Both the position numbers and the translations under genes were made by a program. Of a DNA stretch of 64,000 nucleotides, positions 18,450 through 27,040 are shown one piece after another (position 1 is the first letter of the stretch; every line of letters begins with the position of its first letter). The stretch covers positions 4,562 through 68,561 of IMG/VR virus record IMGVR_UViG_3300037439_000116; one strand, 5' to 3'. The DNA is from a virus. Taxonomy: Duplodnaviria; Caudoviricetes. Below the pieces are notes generated by a model that was not told the origin of the DNA, did not search any database, and saw nothing but the letters and a program-made list of their open reading frames with translations.

Positions 18450-18630
18450 CTTCGCCATCACGGGCATGCGCTGGACGATGGTCGCGGTCTACGCCCTGAT
18501 CGCCTGGCAGGTGTGCCACGACGGGACCTCGGCGGGCGACGCGGTCGGGCTGGCTGTCGTCGGCTCGGTCGTCATCAGCGCCGTCGTCTTCGCCGACTGG
18601 ATCAATCGCGCGCCTCGGAGGGAAGAGTGA
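18442..18630 (+). CDS. small membrane protein
   Basis: two hydrophobic helices; coupled. Confidence 0.6.
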   Translation: MTDFAITGMRWTMVAVYALIAWQVCHDGTSAGDAVGLAVVGSVVISAVVFADWINRAPRREE

Positions 18631-18860
18631 CTGACGAAGAACTCCGCATCGAGCTGGGCACGGCCCTCGTGCGCGTCGGGGCCGCCGAAGACGAAGCAGT
18701 GCTCTTCCAGTGGCACCCCTGCGTCGACACGCCAGCCTGCCGCGCCGCCCAGACCCCACCCGGCCCATGCGCCTGCTCGGGCATCCCGTACCTGTCCGAT
18801 GTGGCCTGGGCCGAGATCGCTCCGATCGTCCGCCGCTTGCTGAATGCAGACGCCGAATGA
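18627..18860 (+). CDS. hypothetical Cys-containing protein
   Basis: GTGA coupling, GGAGG RBS. Confidence 0.6.
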   Translation: MTDEELRIELGTALVRVGAAEDEAVLFQWHPCVDTPACRAAQTPPGPCACSGIPYLSDVAWAEIAPIVRRLLNADAE

Positions 18861-19129
18861 CTGAGCGCGAGACTCCGACCGAGAAGGCCGAGCGCCTGTC
18901 GCAGACCTACTCGGACCTGGTCGGCGGCCCGGTCGGCATGGCCGATTGCGGATGTCCGAACAACATGCTCGGCGCCCCTCCCGCACTGCACATCTGCCGC
19001 GCCTGCGGCTTCGAGGGCAACTACGACATCCACCAGGACTGCCCCTGTTGTGCGTACCTTCGCCACGGCGGCACCAGCCGCGACGATCCGCGCTCGCCGG
19101 AGTTCCGGCTCTGGGGGCCGTCCGAATGA
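18857..19129 (+). CDS. Cys-rich (zinc-binding) hypothetical protein
   Basis: CGC, CRAC, HQDCPCC motifs; coupled. Confidence 0.6.
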   Translation: MTERETPTEKAERLSQTYSDLVGGPVGMADCGCPNNMLGAPPALHICRACGFEGNYDIHQDCPCCAYLRHGGTSRDDPRSPEFRLWGPSE

Positions 19130-19554
19130 CCGAGGACGAGTTGGTCACCGCGATCATCGACATGGCCCGCCTGCTCGGCGTGACCACGGCGCACTTCCGC
19201 CCGGCCCGCGTGATCGACAGGGACGGCGCCACCCGCTGGGTTACTGCGGTCCAGGGTGACGGCAAGGGCTTCCCGGACCTCGTGCTGGCCGGCCCCGGCG
19301 GTGTCGCCTTCCGCGAGGTCAAGGTGGGCAGCAACAAGGCGACGCCGGAGCAGATGATCTGGTTGAGCGTGCTCACCTCCGCCGGCGCCGACGCCGCAAT
19401 CTGGCACGAGCGCGACTGGCACTCCGGCCGCATAGAGGACGAGTTGCGGGAGCTTGCGGGCAAACAACCCCGCAAACCCACCCCGCAACCCGATCCGCAA
19501 ACACCCCGCAAAGGCCCCGCATGGCTGAAGAATGGAGGGCGAGGAAATGGATGA
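19126..19554 (+). CDS. VRR-NUC domain nuclease (PD-(D/E)XK)
   Basis: GFPDLVLA...FREVK...TPEQMIWL. Confidence 0.85.
   Translation: MTEDELVTAIIDMARLLGVTTAHFRPARVIDRDGATRWVTAVQGDGKGFPDLVLAGPGGVAFREVKVGSNKATPEQMIWLSVLTSAGADAAIWHERDWHSGRIEDELRELAGKQPRKPTPQPDPQTPRKGPAWLKNGGRGNG
19444..19522. repeat. cluster of CCGCAA hexamers
   Basis: TTGCGG at 19444, 19454; CCGCAA at 19470, 19483, 19495, 19506; CCGCAT at 19517. Confidence 0.75.
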
Positions 19555-19900
19555 GTTGATCACCTGGTTGCGCGCCCAGCTCGACGAGGATAAGGGCAAG
19601 GTCGCGGCTATGGAGCGCGAGGCGAAGCGCGTCCAGACCGCCCCGATCTTCCAGGGCCACCCGCCGAACTGGCTCGCGGGCGTAGACATCTTCGTCAGCC
19701 CCAAACGGTGGCACGACGAGATCGAGGCCAAGCGGCGCATCCTGGGCAGGTACGAAGACGCCCTTGCCCGGCAGCATGACCCGGAATATTCGCAGATTGC
19801 AGCGCGCGCGCAGGTCGAGGAATACGAGGGCTGGGTGATCCCGGCGCTCGCCCAGCCGTACGCCGGGCGCCCCGGGTGGCGCGAGGAGTGGGCCGCGTGA
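19547..19900 (+). CDS. DUF6221-family protein
   Basis: MDELITWLRAQLDED...EIEAKRRIL...LAQPYAGRPGWREEWAA. Confidence 0.75.
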   Translation: MDELITWLRAQLDEDKGKVAAMEREAKRVQTAPIFQGHPPNWLAGVDIFVSPKRWHDEIEAKRRILGRYEDALARQHDPEYSQIAARAQVEEYEGWVIPALAQPYAGRPGWREEWAA

Positions 19901-20067
19901 GCCTGCTCCGCAACCTCGTCGACACGCTGACCGGCATCCGCAACCCGCATGTCCGCCCGCCCGGCGCCGACCTAAACATTGCGGTCACCCGCGACGAGGT
20001 TGCGGCCGAGTGGCGCCGATACCGCAAGCAGGCAGCAGCGCACCGCAGACGCGAGGAGACGAGATGA
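19897..20067 (+). CDS. small hypothetical protein
   Basis: GTGA coupling. Confidence 0.55.
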   Translation: MSLLRNLVDTLTGIRNPHVRPPGADLNIAVTRDEVAAEWRRYRKQAAAHRRREETR

Positions 20068-20501
20068 CCGACAAAGAGCAGCGCCCCGTGAGCTTCCCGC
20101 CCGGCGAGACCGAGTACGTGGAGACGTTCATCCGTACGCACTACGCCGATGGCACGCACGTTGACACCCCGCCTGAGAGCGGCCGGAGTGCCGCACCTGC
20201 CGTCGTCCAGCTCGCGCGCATGTTCGCCTCGATCGAGCGCACGCGCGTCGGCCGCTCCGTTCGCATGCAGCGCACGGTCAAGGTGGTCGCGTCCGAGTGG
20301 GAAGTGGTCGTGCCGCCGGCACCCGAGCAGCCCGAGGTGGTCAAGTACGAGCAAGCCGACCCCAACGACTACTGCCAGCGTCAGCTCTGCGGCCATGCCT
20401 ACGGACTCCACGAGCCGGAGGGCGAGCACGCCTGCAGCCGCTGCGGCAACCCGGACAAGTGCTCGGGCTTCGTGGCCAAGCGGGCGCCCGCTGATGCCTA
20501 A
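20064..20501 (+). CDS. hypothetical protein with C-terminal Cys/His cluster
   Basis: GAGGAG RBS; C-x3-CGH...H...C-x2-C-x5-C. Confidence 0.65.
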   Translation: MTDKEQRPVSFPPGETEYVETFIRTHYADGTHVDTPPESGRSAAPAVVQLARMFASIERTRVGRSVRMQRTVKVVASEWEVVVPPAPEQPEVVKYEQADPNDYCQRQLCGHAYGLHEPEGEHACSRCGNPDKCSGFVAKRAPADA

Positions 20502-20697
20502 GCCGAAGACCGGCCCCGTGGCCGAGGTCAGGGCTCGCCTGTTCCGCAACCTGGACGGCACGCTGACGTGGATCGTCGAGTTCGATCACTTCGGCCATGT
20601 CGCCTACGGCGGCAAGTTCACCGACACCGACGAGACGGCGACCGCGCTGGGCGCGCTGATGCGCCAGGCAGCGAACGACAGGAGCGAGGAGACATGA
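20494..20697 (+). CDS. hypothetical protein
   Basis: coupled ORF, 67 aa. Confidence 0.6.
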   Translation: MPKPKTGPVAEVRARLFRNLDGTLTWIVEFDHFGHVAYGGKFTDTDETATALGALMRQAANDRSEET

Positions 20698-21047
20698 AGG
20701 CGCTGATCATCGGCGGCGAACGCCACGGCGAATGGCAGGACGTATTGGACGGCGCTCAGGCGTGGGTGAACCTGCGCGACGCGTGCACCTACCGCATCCG
20801 CAAGGCTCACTCGGCGATCACGGATGCGGCCACCTCGCGGGTCAAGGAGGTCTACATAGTCCACCTCGCGGTGCACCCGGACCTGACCGGTCCGAACGAG
20901 CCGCAGGTGGTCGGCCAGCTACTCAACCTGCTCGCTATGAACGAGTTCGCCCGGGCCCACGGCGAGCAGCAGGAGGTGCCGAAGGACGACCCGCAGCCGC
21001 CCGGCGCGCCACTCGATGAGACAGCGAACGGGGGGCCTGTCCCGTAA
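20694..21047 (+). CDS. hypothetical protein
   Basis: GAGGAG RBS, coupled. Confidence 0.65.
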   Translation: MKALIIGGERHGEWQDVLDGAQAWVNLRDACTYRIRKAHSAITDAATSRVKEVYIVHLAVHPDLTGPNEPQVVGQLLNLLAMNEFARAHGEQQEVPKDDPQPPGAPLDETANGGPVP

Positions 21048-21086
21048 AATAGACGCTGACCGATAGCATCGAGCAAGGAGACGAGA

Positions 21087-21323
21087 ATGCCGTTCATTCC
21101 GATCATCTGGGGCCCGTTCACCGGCTGCGCGTCGAGCCACTGCGTGGAGGTCACGCCGAACGGTGACGGATTCGACTTCACGTCCACCCTGGGCGCCGAC
21201 AAGGGCCGGGTGACCTACACCGCGGCCGAGGTCGCCGCCTTCCTGACCGACGTCAAGGCCGGCAAGTGGGACGCCGTCCAGGCCCGCGCCGAGTCGCTGG
21301 CTCTGGCGGACGCCACCGTCTGA
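21087..21323 (+). CDS. DUF397-family protein
   Basis: CASSHCVEV and TYTAAEVAAFLTDVKAGKWD. Confidence 0.75.
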   Translation: MPFIPIIWGPFTGCASSHCVEVTPNGDGFDFTSTLGADKGRVTYTAAEVAAFLTDVKAGKWDAVQARAESLALADATV

Positions 21324-21363
21324 GGCCGCCATGTGCGGCACCGAGTGGGAGTAATCGAGAACG

Positions 21364-21399
21364 CGAGCCCCGTACCCAGTGAGGTGCGGGGCTTTCTCG
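21364..21399 (+). terminator. intrinsic terminator
   Basis: AGCCCCGTACC-loop-GGTGCGGGGCT followed by TTCTC. Confidence 0.6.
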
Positions 21400-21414
21400 T
21401 GCCATGATCCGAGC

Positions 21415-22059
21415 ATGCGCGTGGAGACGAACTACACGACGATGCACCAGCGGCTACTCACGGCAGTGTCGGAGGCTCGCAGCCTGCTGACCGCGCTGCA
21501 GCCCCTGCTGGCCGAGCCGGATGGCAGCGGACCGGACACCGGCACGATCGGCCGGCACGCTCCGGAGAGTCGGGAGCCGTGGGCGATGCAGGCCGCGGGC
21601 GCGTACTGGGATCTCTACTTCGGCGCCGGTGAGCTCGCCCGTGGGATGCGTTCCGCCGCAGGCCTGCGCCTCCCGCTGTTCAAGGACACCTACGGCCACG
21701 AGGCCCTGAGCGTCGTGGTCAACATGGCCCCGTCCGTCTCGGATACCCCGCTCCGGTGGGCGGCCACCTCGCTGGAGAAGTGGTCCCGTGCCGCGCAGTC
21801 CGTACCCGAGATCGACGAGGGTGAGCCGTGGGCCCCGCTGCCCAGCCCACCCGGTCGCAGCCCGCTCGCGTGTCCGTACTGCGAGACGTTCGGCCTGCGT
21901 ATGCTCAGGCGCAAGGGCGAGGTGCGCTGCTTCTTCCCCGGCTGCAAGGACCGCGACGGCCATCCCACCAGAGCGCGGATGGAGCCGGGCCGCATGACGG
22001 GCGAGGAGCGGCTGATCTTCGGAGACGGCACGACGATGGGCGGCGGCGCGGATGAGTAG
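21415..22059 (+). CDS. hypothetical protein with C-terminal zinc ribbon
   Basis: CPYC...CFFPGC. Confidence 0.7.
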   Translation: MRVETNYTTMHQRLLTAVSEARSLLTALQPLLAEPDGSGPDTGTIGRHAPESREPWAMQAAGAYWDLYFGAGELARGMRSAAGLRLPLFKDTYGHEALSVVVNMAPSVSDTPLRWAATSLEKWSRAAQSVPEIDEGEPWAPLPSPPGRSPLACPYCETFGLRMLRRKGEVRCFFPGCKDRDGHPTRARMEPGRMTGEERLIFGDGTTMGGGADE

Positions 22060-22390
22060 AGCGATGTGGGGGCGGCCCGGAGTAGGCCCCAACTGGGCCG
22101 ACAGTCTCTTCCGAGGTCGCGCCGGCGTGGTGGTCGAGATCGCCCCGAACCGGTTCATGAGCTGGCGCATGCGCGGCAGCGAGGGCGAAGTGGAGACGGA
22201 GACCGACTACGAGGACATCAACGTCATGGACCGCATTGAGCCGCTCATGCGCATCCCGACACTGACCGTGGTCCGCTTCGAACTGTCCGGCTTCCTGGAC
22301 GCCGCCGAGGACCGCGCGCCGCGGCCGGACTGGGCGACCGAGACGGCAGGCGAGCTGACCGCCCGCCGCGAGATCGGACGGCGGGGATGA
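22052..22390 (+). CDS. hypothetical protein
   Basis: 112 aa, coupled. Confidence 0.6.
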   Translation: MSRAMWGRPGVGPNWADSLFRGRAGVVVEIAPNRFMSWRMRGSEGEVETETDYEDINVMDRIEPLMRIPTLTVVRFELSGFLDAAEDRAPRPDWATETAGELTARREIGRRG

Positions 22391-22626
22391 GCGACCCGTA
22401 CCGCAGTCACCGACCGGTGAGCACCGAACTCAAGGCCGACCACTACCCGAACACCGCCGAGCGGATCATCCGGACCGTCCGCGACGTATGCGCGATCGTC
22501 GCCCTCGTGCTGGTCAGCCTGCTCATGTTCGGCCTGTTCAACGCCCTGTCTGAGCTCGGCAACGCCGTGGAGCGCGTCGCCCCCGAGCCGACCGTCTCCG
22601 AGTGCGTGGGTGAGCTGGAATGCTGA
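22387..22626 (+). CDS. small membrane protein
   Basis: central hydrophobic helix; ATGA coupling. Confidence 0.6.
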   Translation: MSDPYRSHRPVSTELKADHYPNTAERIIRTVRDVCAIVALVLVSLLMFGLFNALSELGNAVERVAPEPTVSECVGELEC

Positions 22627-22816
22627 GCCGACCGTGACCGCCCAGGAGGGCTACTTCTCCGTCGCGTGCTGCGGCGTACGGCGCGGCATCCTGGCCGGTG
22701 TGCTGATCTGCCCGCGCTGCGACTGCACACCGACCTCGGGCATCCCGCGCGAATCCGAGGTCAAGGACATCCCCGCCGGCGTGTGGCACATGCCGATCAA
22801 GCGGGAGACGTCCTGA
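22610..22816 (+). CDS. small Cys-rich protein
   Basis: CCG...CPRCDC; start uncertain. Confidence 0.5.
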   Translation: MSWNAEPTVTAQEGYFSVACCGVRRGILAGVLICPRCDCTPTSGIPRESEVKDIPAGVWHMPIKRETS

Positions 22817-22819
22817 TCC

Positions 22820-23461
22820 ATGAGCGGCGAGACGGAGCGGGATGTCAGTGGGTGGACTACCGACACTCTGCACACCCATCTGCAACGCCAGCTCAACGAT
22901 CTGATCGGCCAGATCCAACGCCAGATCGACGACATGCAGAAGCAGCTTGAACGCCGGTTCGAGGCCGAGCGCCACGCGGTTGACCTGGCGTTCGAGGCTC
23001 ACCGGGCCCTGACCAACGCCACCGGCGTGGCCACAGACAAGGCCGTACAAGCCGCCCTGGCCGCGCAGAAGGAAGCCGTGCAGGTCGCGCAGGACGCGGC
23101 CCGGGAGACCAGCCAGGTGCTCGCCCGTAACGCCGAGCAGTACCGGGCGCAGCAGAACGAGTGGCGTGAGGCGATGCGCGACATCCTCAACCGGGCCATG
23201 ACCCGCGACGAGGCGAAGGGCGCGATCGACCGGGCCACCGAGCGCATTCAAGAGCTGATGACGGCGCAGCAGAACGCCCCCACCCGCGACGAGATCCAAG
23301 CCATGCGGGAACGGGTCGGCGCGTTGGAAAAGGGGCAGGTCGAGATCGCAGCCAAGACCGCTGGCGCGCAGACCGGCCGGGCCAGCATCTTCACGGCGAT
23401 AACGGCCGCGGTCGCCCTCATCACCATGGTCATTATCGTGGCGAACGCGTGGACCCGATAG
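22820..23461 (+). CDS. coiled-coil protein with C-terminal transmembrane helix
   Basis: heptad-rich helical body, C-terminal IFTAITAAVALITMVIIVANAW. Confidence 0.7.
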   Translation: MSGETERDVSGWTTDTLHTHLQRQLNDLIGQIQRQIDDMQKQLERRFEAERHAVDLAFEAHRALTNATGVATDKAVQAALAAQKEAVQVAQDAARETSQVLARNAEQYRAQQNEWREAMRDILNRAMTRDEAKGAIDRATERIQELMTAQQNAPTRDEIQAMRERVGALEKGQVEIAAKTAGAQTGRASIFTAITAAVALITMVIIVANAWTR

Positions 23462-23469
23462 GAGACGAG

Positions 23470-23889
23470 ATGTGGGACAACCGAGCACGACGCTCCGACA
23501 AGCCCGGCCACAAGGATGACGGCGACACGGTGCTGCTGGTCAGCGACCTCGGCCGGGGGATCTTCGACGAGACGCCGATCCGGCTGAGCGGGTGCTGGGC
23601 CCCTGAGCGCGGCAGGTTCGGCGCGGCCGAGGCGGCGAAGTTCCTGGACCTCACGCTGGCCGAGATCGAGGAGCGGGCTCGAGCCCGGCGGATGCGCTGG
23701 CCGTTCGTTGTGGTCACCGAGAAGAACACGAGCGCCGAGCCGGATGAGCGCCGGACCTTCGTCCGCTACGTCGGTGAGCTGTTCGCTTTCGACACCGGTC
23801 AGAGCGTCAACGCCGAGGTGGCCGCCTTCCTGGCCGGCCACCCCGAGTGGTCGCGCGGCACCGGCGGCACGGATGAGGTCCCGCTGTGA
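23470..23889 (+). CDS. thermonuclease (SNase-like OB-fold) protein
   Basis: DGDTV, IRLSGCWAPE, TFVRYVG pattern of staphylococcal nuclease family. Confidence 0.7.
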   Translation: MWDNRARRSDKPGHKDDGDTVLLVSDLGRGIFDETPIRLSGCWAPERGRFGAAEAAKFLDLTLAEIEERARARRMRWPFVVVTEKNTSAEPDERRTFVRYVGELFAFDTGQSVNAEVAAFLAGHPEWSRGTGGTDEVPL

Positions 23890-24077
23890 CGCCAGGCATG
23901 GTGACGGTGGTCAGCGCGACGATCGTGACCAAGTACCCCGAGCACATCACCCGCGCGGCGGAAGTGCTGGCCAGAGCGCTGGCGGGTCTGGCCCTGGAGG
24001 GGATCTCTGTCGGCCTGAACATAGGTCAGACTGAAGACGAGGATGAGGGAGAGGATCGCGGCACCGACAGCACGTGA
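23886..24077 (+). CDS. small hypothetical protein
   Basis: GTGA coupling. Confidence 0.5.
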   Translation: MTPGMVTVVSATIVTKYPEHITRAAEVLARALAGLALEGISVGLNIGQTEDEDEGEDRGTDST

Positions 24078-24093
24078 TCCGGAAGGAGGGATC

Positions 24094-24207
24094 GTGCTGT
24101 GGAGGATCGTTCTCGGAGTGCTCGCCGCCATCGTATTAATCGGGGTGACCGTCATCATGACCCTGTGGCTGGTTTACCTGCTCTCGCTGGTCGCGCAGTC
24201 CGGTTAG
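24094..24207 (+). CDS. 37-aa membrane peptide
   Basis: AAGGAGG RBS, GTG start, fully hydrophobic. Confidence 0.5.
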   Translation: MLWRIVLGVLAAIVLIGVTVIMTLWLVYLLSLVAQSG

Positions 24208-24632
24208 GCCGCGCCTGCCTCGTGCATCCGCAGCACGACGAACCGGTGCCGATCGCGACGCACTACGTCCGGCCCCGGCCGCGGGGTGGCGGCGCCGAGC
24301 CGACCGTGACGCTGTGCGCCAACGCCCATGGCCGCGTGCATGCCCTCCTCGATGAGATCGAGGCGTACGCCATGACCAGCCCGTACCGGACCACCAACGA
24401 GGTGCTGCGCAGCCTGCCCGTCTGGGACGCGTACGACGTGACCGAGCGGGCCATCGCCTACCACGGCTGGATGGCCTACGGCCTCAGCTTCATCAACGGC
24501 CGATACGCCGCCGCCTACGCCCACTGGCGCACCGACGGCACGCCGAAGGTCCCGGACGTCCCGCACTTCAACGACCTCTACCACGCCGCCCGCTGGTCCA
24601 AGCGCTGGCGCAAGGAGCTGGACGCCCTCTGA
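24099..24632 (+). CDS. HNH-like protein (start uncertain, probably near 24200)
   Basis: THYVRPRPRGGG...VTLCANAHGRVH resembles a degenerate HNH motif; upstream of terminase. Confidence 0.5.
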   Translation: MEDRSRSARRHRINRGDRHHDPVAGLPALAGRAVRLGRACLVHPQHDEPVPIATHYVRPRPRGGGAEPTVTLCANAHGRVHALLDEIEAYAMTSPYRTTNEVLRSLPVWDAYDVTERAIAYHGWMAYGLSFINGRYAAAYAHWRTDGTPKVPDVPHFNDLYHAARWSKRWRKELDAL

Positions 24633-24676
24633 GGTGCGATGATGACCGCATGCGTTTCAGGAGACGAGGAGACGAA

Positions 24677-25633
24677 GTGGAAGCAACCGACCCCGCGCCG
24701 GTCGACATGGGCCGCGGCCAGCCGAGCGACACCAGCAGCACGCCGATCTACGACGACCAGCCCGACCGCGCCGCGGCCGAGCAGATGATCGCCGACAGCC
24801 GCGCCGAAGGATGGTCCGGCGTGACCGGTGAGGACGAGACGACTCCGACGCCGGATCCCACCAAGGCCGAGGCCGAGACGATCCAGCAGTTCATGGACGC
24901 GCCCGATCGGGTCAGGCGCCGCATCGATGAGTTGTCCGCCCCGCAGCCGAGCCGGCACGTGCTCAGCGAGTCGGTCATCGCGCGCTCGGTCGTGCCGACC
25001 CCGATCGTTAGCCCGACGCGTCAGCCGTGCGAGTCATGCAGGGGGACCGGATACATGCCGAGCATCAGTGACTACCTGCGCGAGTCGGCCTCGTGGATCG
25101 ACGATATGGACGCCGTGGTCCGGTATTTCTATACCACCATGCTGGACATGGCCCGGACCGACGCCGAGAAGGACGCCCACGACGCAGGCCACCCCGACCC
25201 GCTCGCCGTCGGACAGGCCGCGGTCGACGACCTTGCGTTCCTGTTCCCGCCCGACCTCATCTCGGCCGCCACTGGCGAGACGGACAGCCGAGGCGCGGCT
25301 CAGCGCGACAAGCTCGCCGAGAAGTTGGTCGGCGTGGCCACCCTCTACAACCCGGCCGACGCCGAGGCGATGGAGCGACTGGACAACGTGATCACCTCCA
25401 TGGCCGCGCGCCACGCCGCGTTCGCCCGCCGTGACGGCACGATCAAGCCGACCTCGCTGGAGGAGTACGCGCTGGCCAAGAAGGCGCTGTTCGCCACGCT
25501 GGTCACGCTCGGCCCGCGCTTCACCGGGGCCCACGAGGCGGCATGGTCGGCCGCCTACGACTTCGTGGCCGGCGGCATGATGCGCGCGCAGCCCCTCTCC
25601 GGCTCGTCGTTCCCTCGATTCCCGAGGGCGTGA
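24677..25633 (+). CDS. globin-domain protein with low-complexity N-terminus
   Basis: C-terminal ~180 aa aligns by eye to flavohaemoglobin-type globins: YFY (B10 Tyr), FLFP (CD1 Phe), QRDKL (E7 Gln), ARHAAF (F8 His), EAAWSAAYDFVAGGM. Confidence 0.8.
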   Translation: MEATDPAPVDMGRGQPSDTSSTPIYDDQPDRAAAEQMIADSRAEGWSGVTGEDETTPTPDPTKAEAETIQQFMDAPDRVRRRIDELSAPQPSRHVLSESVIARSVVPTPIVSPTRQPCESCRGTGYMPSISDYLRESASWIDDMDAVVRYFYTTMLDMARTDAEKDAHDAGHPDPLAVGQAAVDDLAFLFPPDLISAATGETDSRGAAQRDKLAEKLVGVATLYNPADAEAMERLDNVITSMAARHAAFARRDGTIKPTSLEEYALAKKALFATLVTLGPRFTGAHEAAWSAAYDFVAGGMMRAQPLSGSSFPRFPRA

Positions 25634-25635
25634 CC

Positions 25636-25893
25636 ATGGCCGCTGGAGACCCGTACCCGACGGGTGATGCGCTGACGGTCAGGGTGCCGAAGGAGTTCGC
25701 GGCGGAGTTCATGACCGAGTGGATGGCCAAGCAGCTGAAGACGCGTCCGGTCCTGCGCATGATCCTGCGCGACCCGGCCACTGGAGCAGATGTCGATCTG
25801 GGTGGGTGGCAGGTCACCGGCGTTGCGACGAAGACCCAGGCAGACGGCGCGTACCTGATCCCCGTGGCCACGCTCCGAGCGGTGTTCGACTGA
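25636..25893 (+). CDS. hypothetical protein
   Basis: 85 aa, coupled. Confidence 0.6.
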   Translation: MAAGDPYPTGDALTVRVPKEFAAEFMTEWMAKQLKTRPVLRMILRDPATGADVDLGGWQVTGVATKTQADGAYLIPVATLRAVFD

Positions 25894-26069
25894 TGGAGAG
25901 CTTCGCGAAGTGGTCGGTGGTCGTGCTGGTCATCATCGGGGCGGTGGGCAGCATCGCCGCGGGGCTCAAGCAGACCGACCGCAGTGAGGCGTCCATCGGC
26001 GGCGTGCTGCTCGGCCTGCTGTTCAACCTCTGGATCCTCGTCGCCGTGCTCGTGTGGTGGCAGCCGTGA
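25893..26069 (+). CDS. small membrane protein
   Basis: two hydrophobic helices; TGATG coupling. Confidence 0.6.
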   Translation: MESFAKWSVVVLVIIGAVGSIAAGLKQTDRSEASIGGVLLGLLFNLWILVAVLVWWQP

Positions 26070-26263
26070 CGGATGGCGAGCCGATTGTCGAGCACGGGCT
26101 TCTGATGCGCAGCGGCGGGATGCAGGTTCGGTCCGACGATCCCGAGATTGAGGACGCGTACCCGCTGGAACGGTGGATTCCGAACCAGCAGAAATTCGGC
26201 GGCAAGGTCTACACGCGCAAGGTGATCGTGGTGGAGGACTGGACCGAGGTCCCCAAGCAGTGA
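26066..26263 (+). CDS. small hypothetical protein
   Basis: GTGA coupling. Confidence 0.55.
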   Translation: MTDGEPIVEHGLLMRSGGMQVRSDDPEIEDAYPLERWIPNQQKFGGKVYTRKVIVVEDWTEVPKQ

Positions 26264-26460
26264 ACGGCTTGACCCTGGCGGAGGCGGCGGCAGCGATGTC
26301 GCCGCCCATCCCGCGCCGGGAGCTGGCCCGCCGGCTCAAGGGCGTGGCGCCGATCGGCAGCACCTACGGACGGCGTGGGCGGCGGGCCGCGACGTACCCC
26401 GTAGACGAGATCATGAAGGCGCACGCCGGGTGGGTGCGGGAGCGCGAGATGGTCAGGTAG
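26260..26460 (+). CDS. small HTH DNA-binding protein
   Basis: LTLAEAAAAM...RRELARRL...ATYPVDEIM MerR/Xis-like pattern. Confidence 0.6.
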   Translation: MNGLTLAEAAAAMSPPIPRRELARRLKGVAPIGSTYGRRGRRAATYPVDEIMKAHAGWVREREMVR

Positions 26461-26536
26461 TGGCAGATGATCGCGACGTGTGCCAGAATTCGGCACATCT
26501 TCGCCGTGCCCGGAAACGGCGCACAGGGAGGTCAGC

Positions 26537-27040
26537 GTGAAGCCGGACCCCGGCAAGCGAGGAACGCCGCGCGAGATCACACACCCGCCGTCCCAGATGA
26601 TCGACGTGTACGACCGCGCTCGCAAGGCAGCCGAGATGCGCCGCGACGGACGGCCGTGGGACGAGGTCGCCGCCGAGTGTGGGTACGCCGGCAAGGGCGC
26701 GGCGTACAACGCCGTCCGGGCGCGCATGGTCGAAGCGCGCAGCCTGGCTTACGGCGAGGTGGAGCTGTACCGCGCCGAGTCGATCGAGCGGCTGGAGGCA
26801 CTGCTGGCCGCCGTCATGCCGATGGCGCTCAAGGCCAGCGAGAAGCACGTCGAGTCGGCCCGTCGCCTGATCAAGCAGATCAGCGACCTGCGTGGCGAGG
26901 CTCAGCCCGTCAAGGTGGAGATCGGGGAGAGCGATGTCGATCGACTTCTCCGAGAAGCTACGGCAGAGTTCGAACGACGAGCTGCAGAGCTTGATCGGCA
27001 AGCTGGCGGAACTCCAGAGGCTGCGCAGCCGGATCGGTGA
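26537..27040 (+). CDS. terS: terminase small subunit
   Basis: HTH AEMRRDGRPWDEVAAECGY; directly upstream of TerL. Confidence 0.75.
   Translation: MKPDPGKRGTPREITHPPSQMIDVYDRARKAAEMRRDGRPWDEVAAECGYAGKGAAYNAVRARMVEARSLAYGEVELYRAESIERLEALLAAVMPMALKASEKHVESARRLIKQISDLRGEAQPVKVEIGESDVDRLLREATAEFERRAAELDRQAGGTPEAAQPDR

Noticed and set aside
21324-21414. Possible tRNA or ncRNA in the intergenic gap
   Set aside because: No cloverleaf, T-loop or CCA pattern; the hairpin is explained as a terminator.
26479-26510. Imperfect hairpin TGTGCC...GGCACA upstream of terS as a cos/pac site
   Set aside because: Position fits but the sequence alone cannot define packaging ends.
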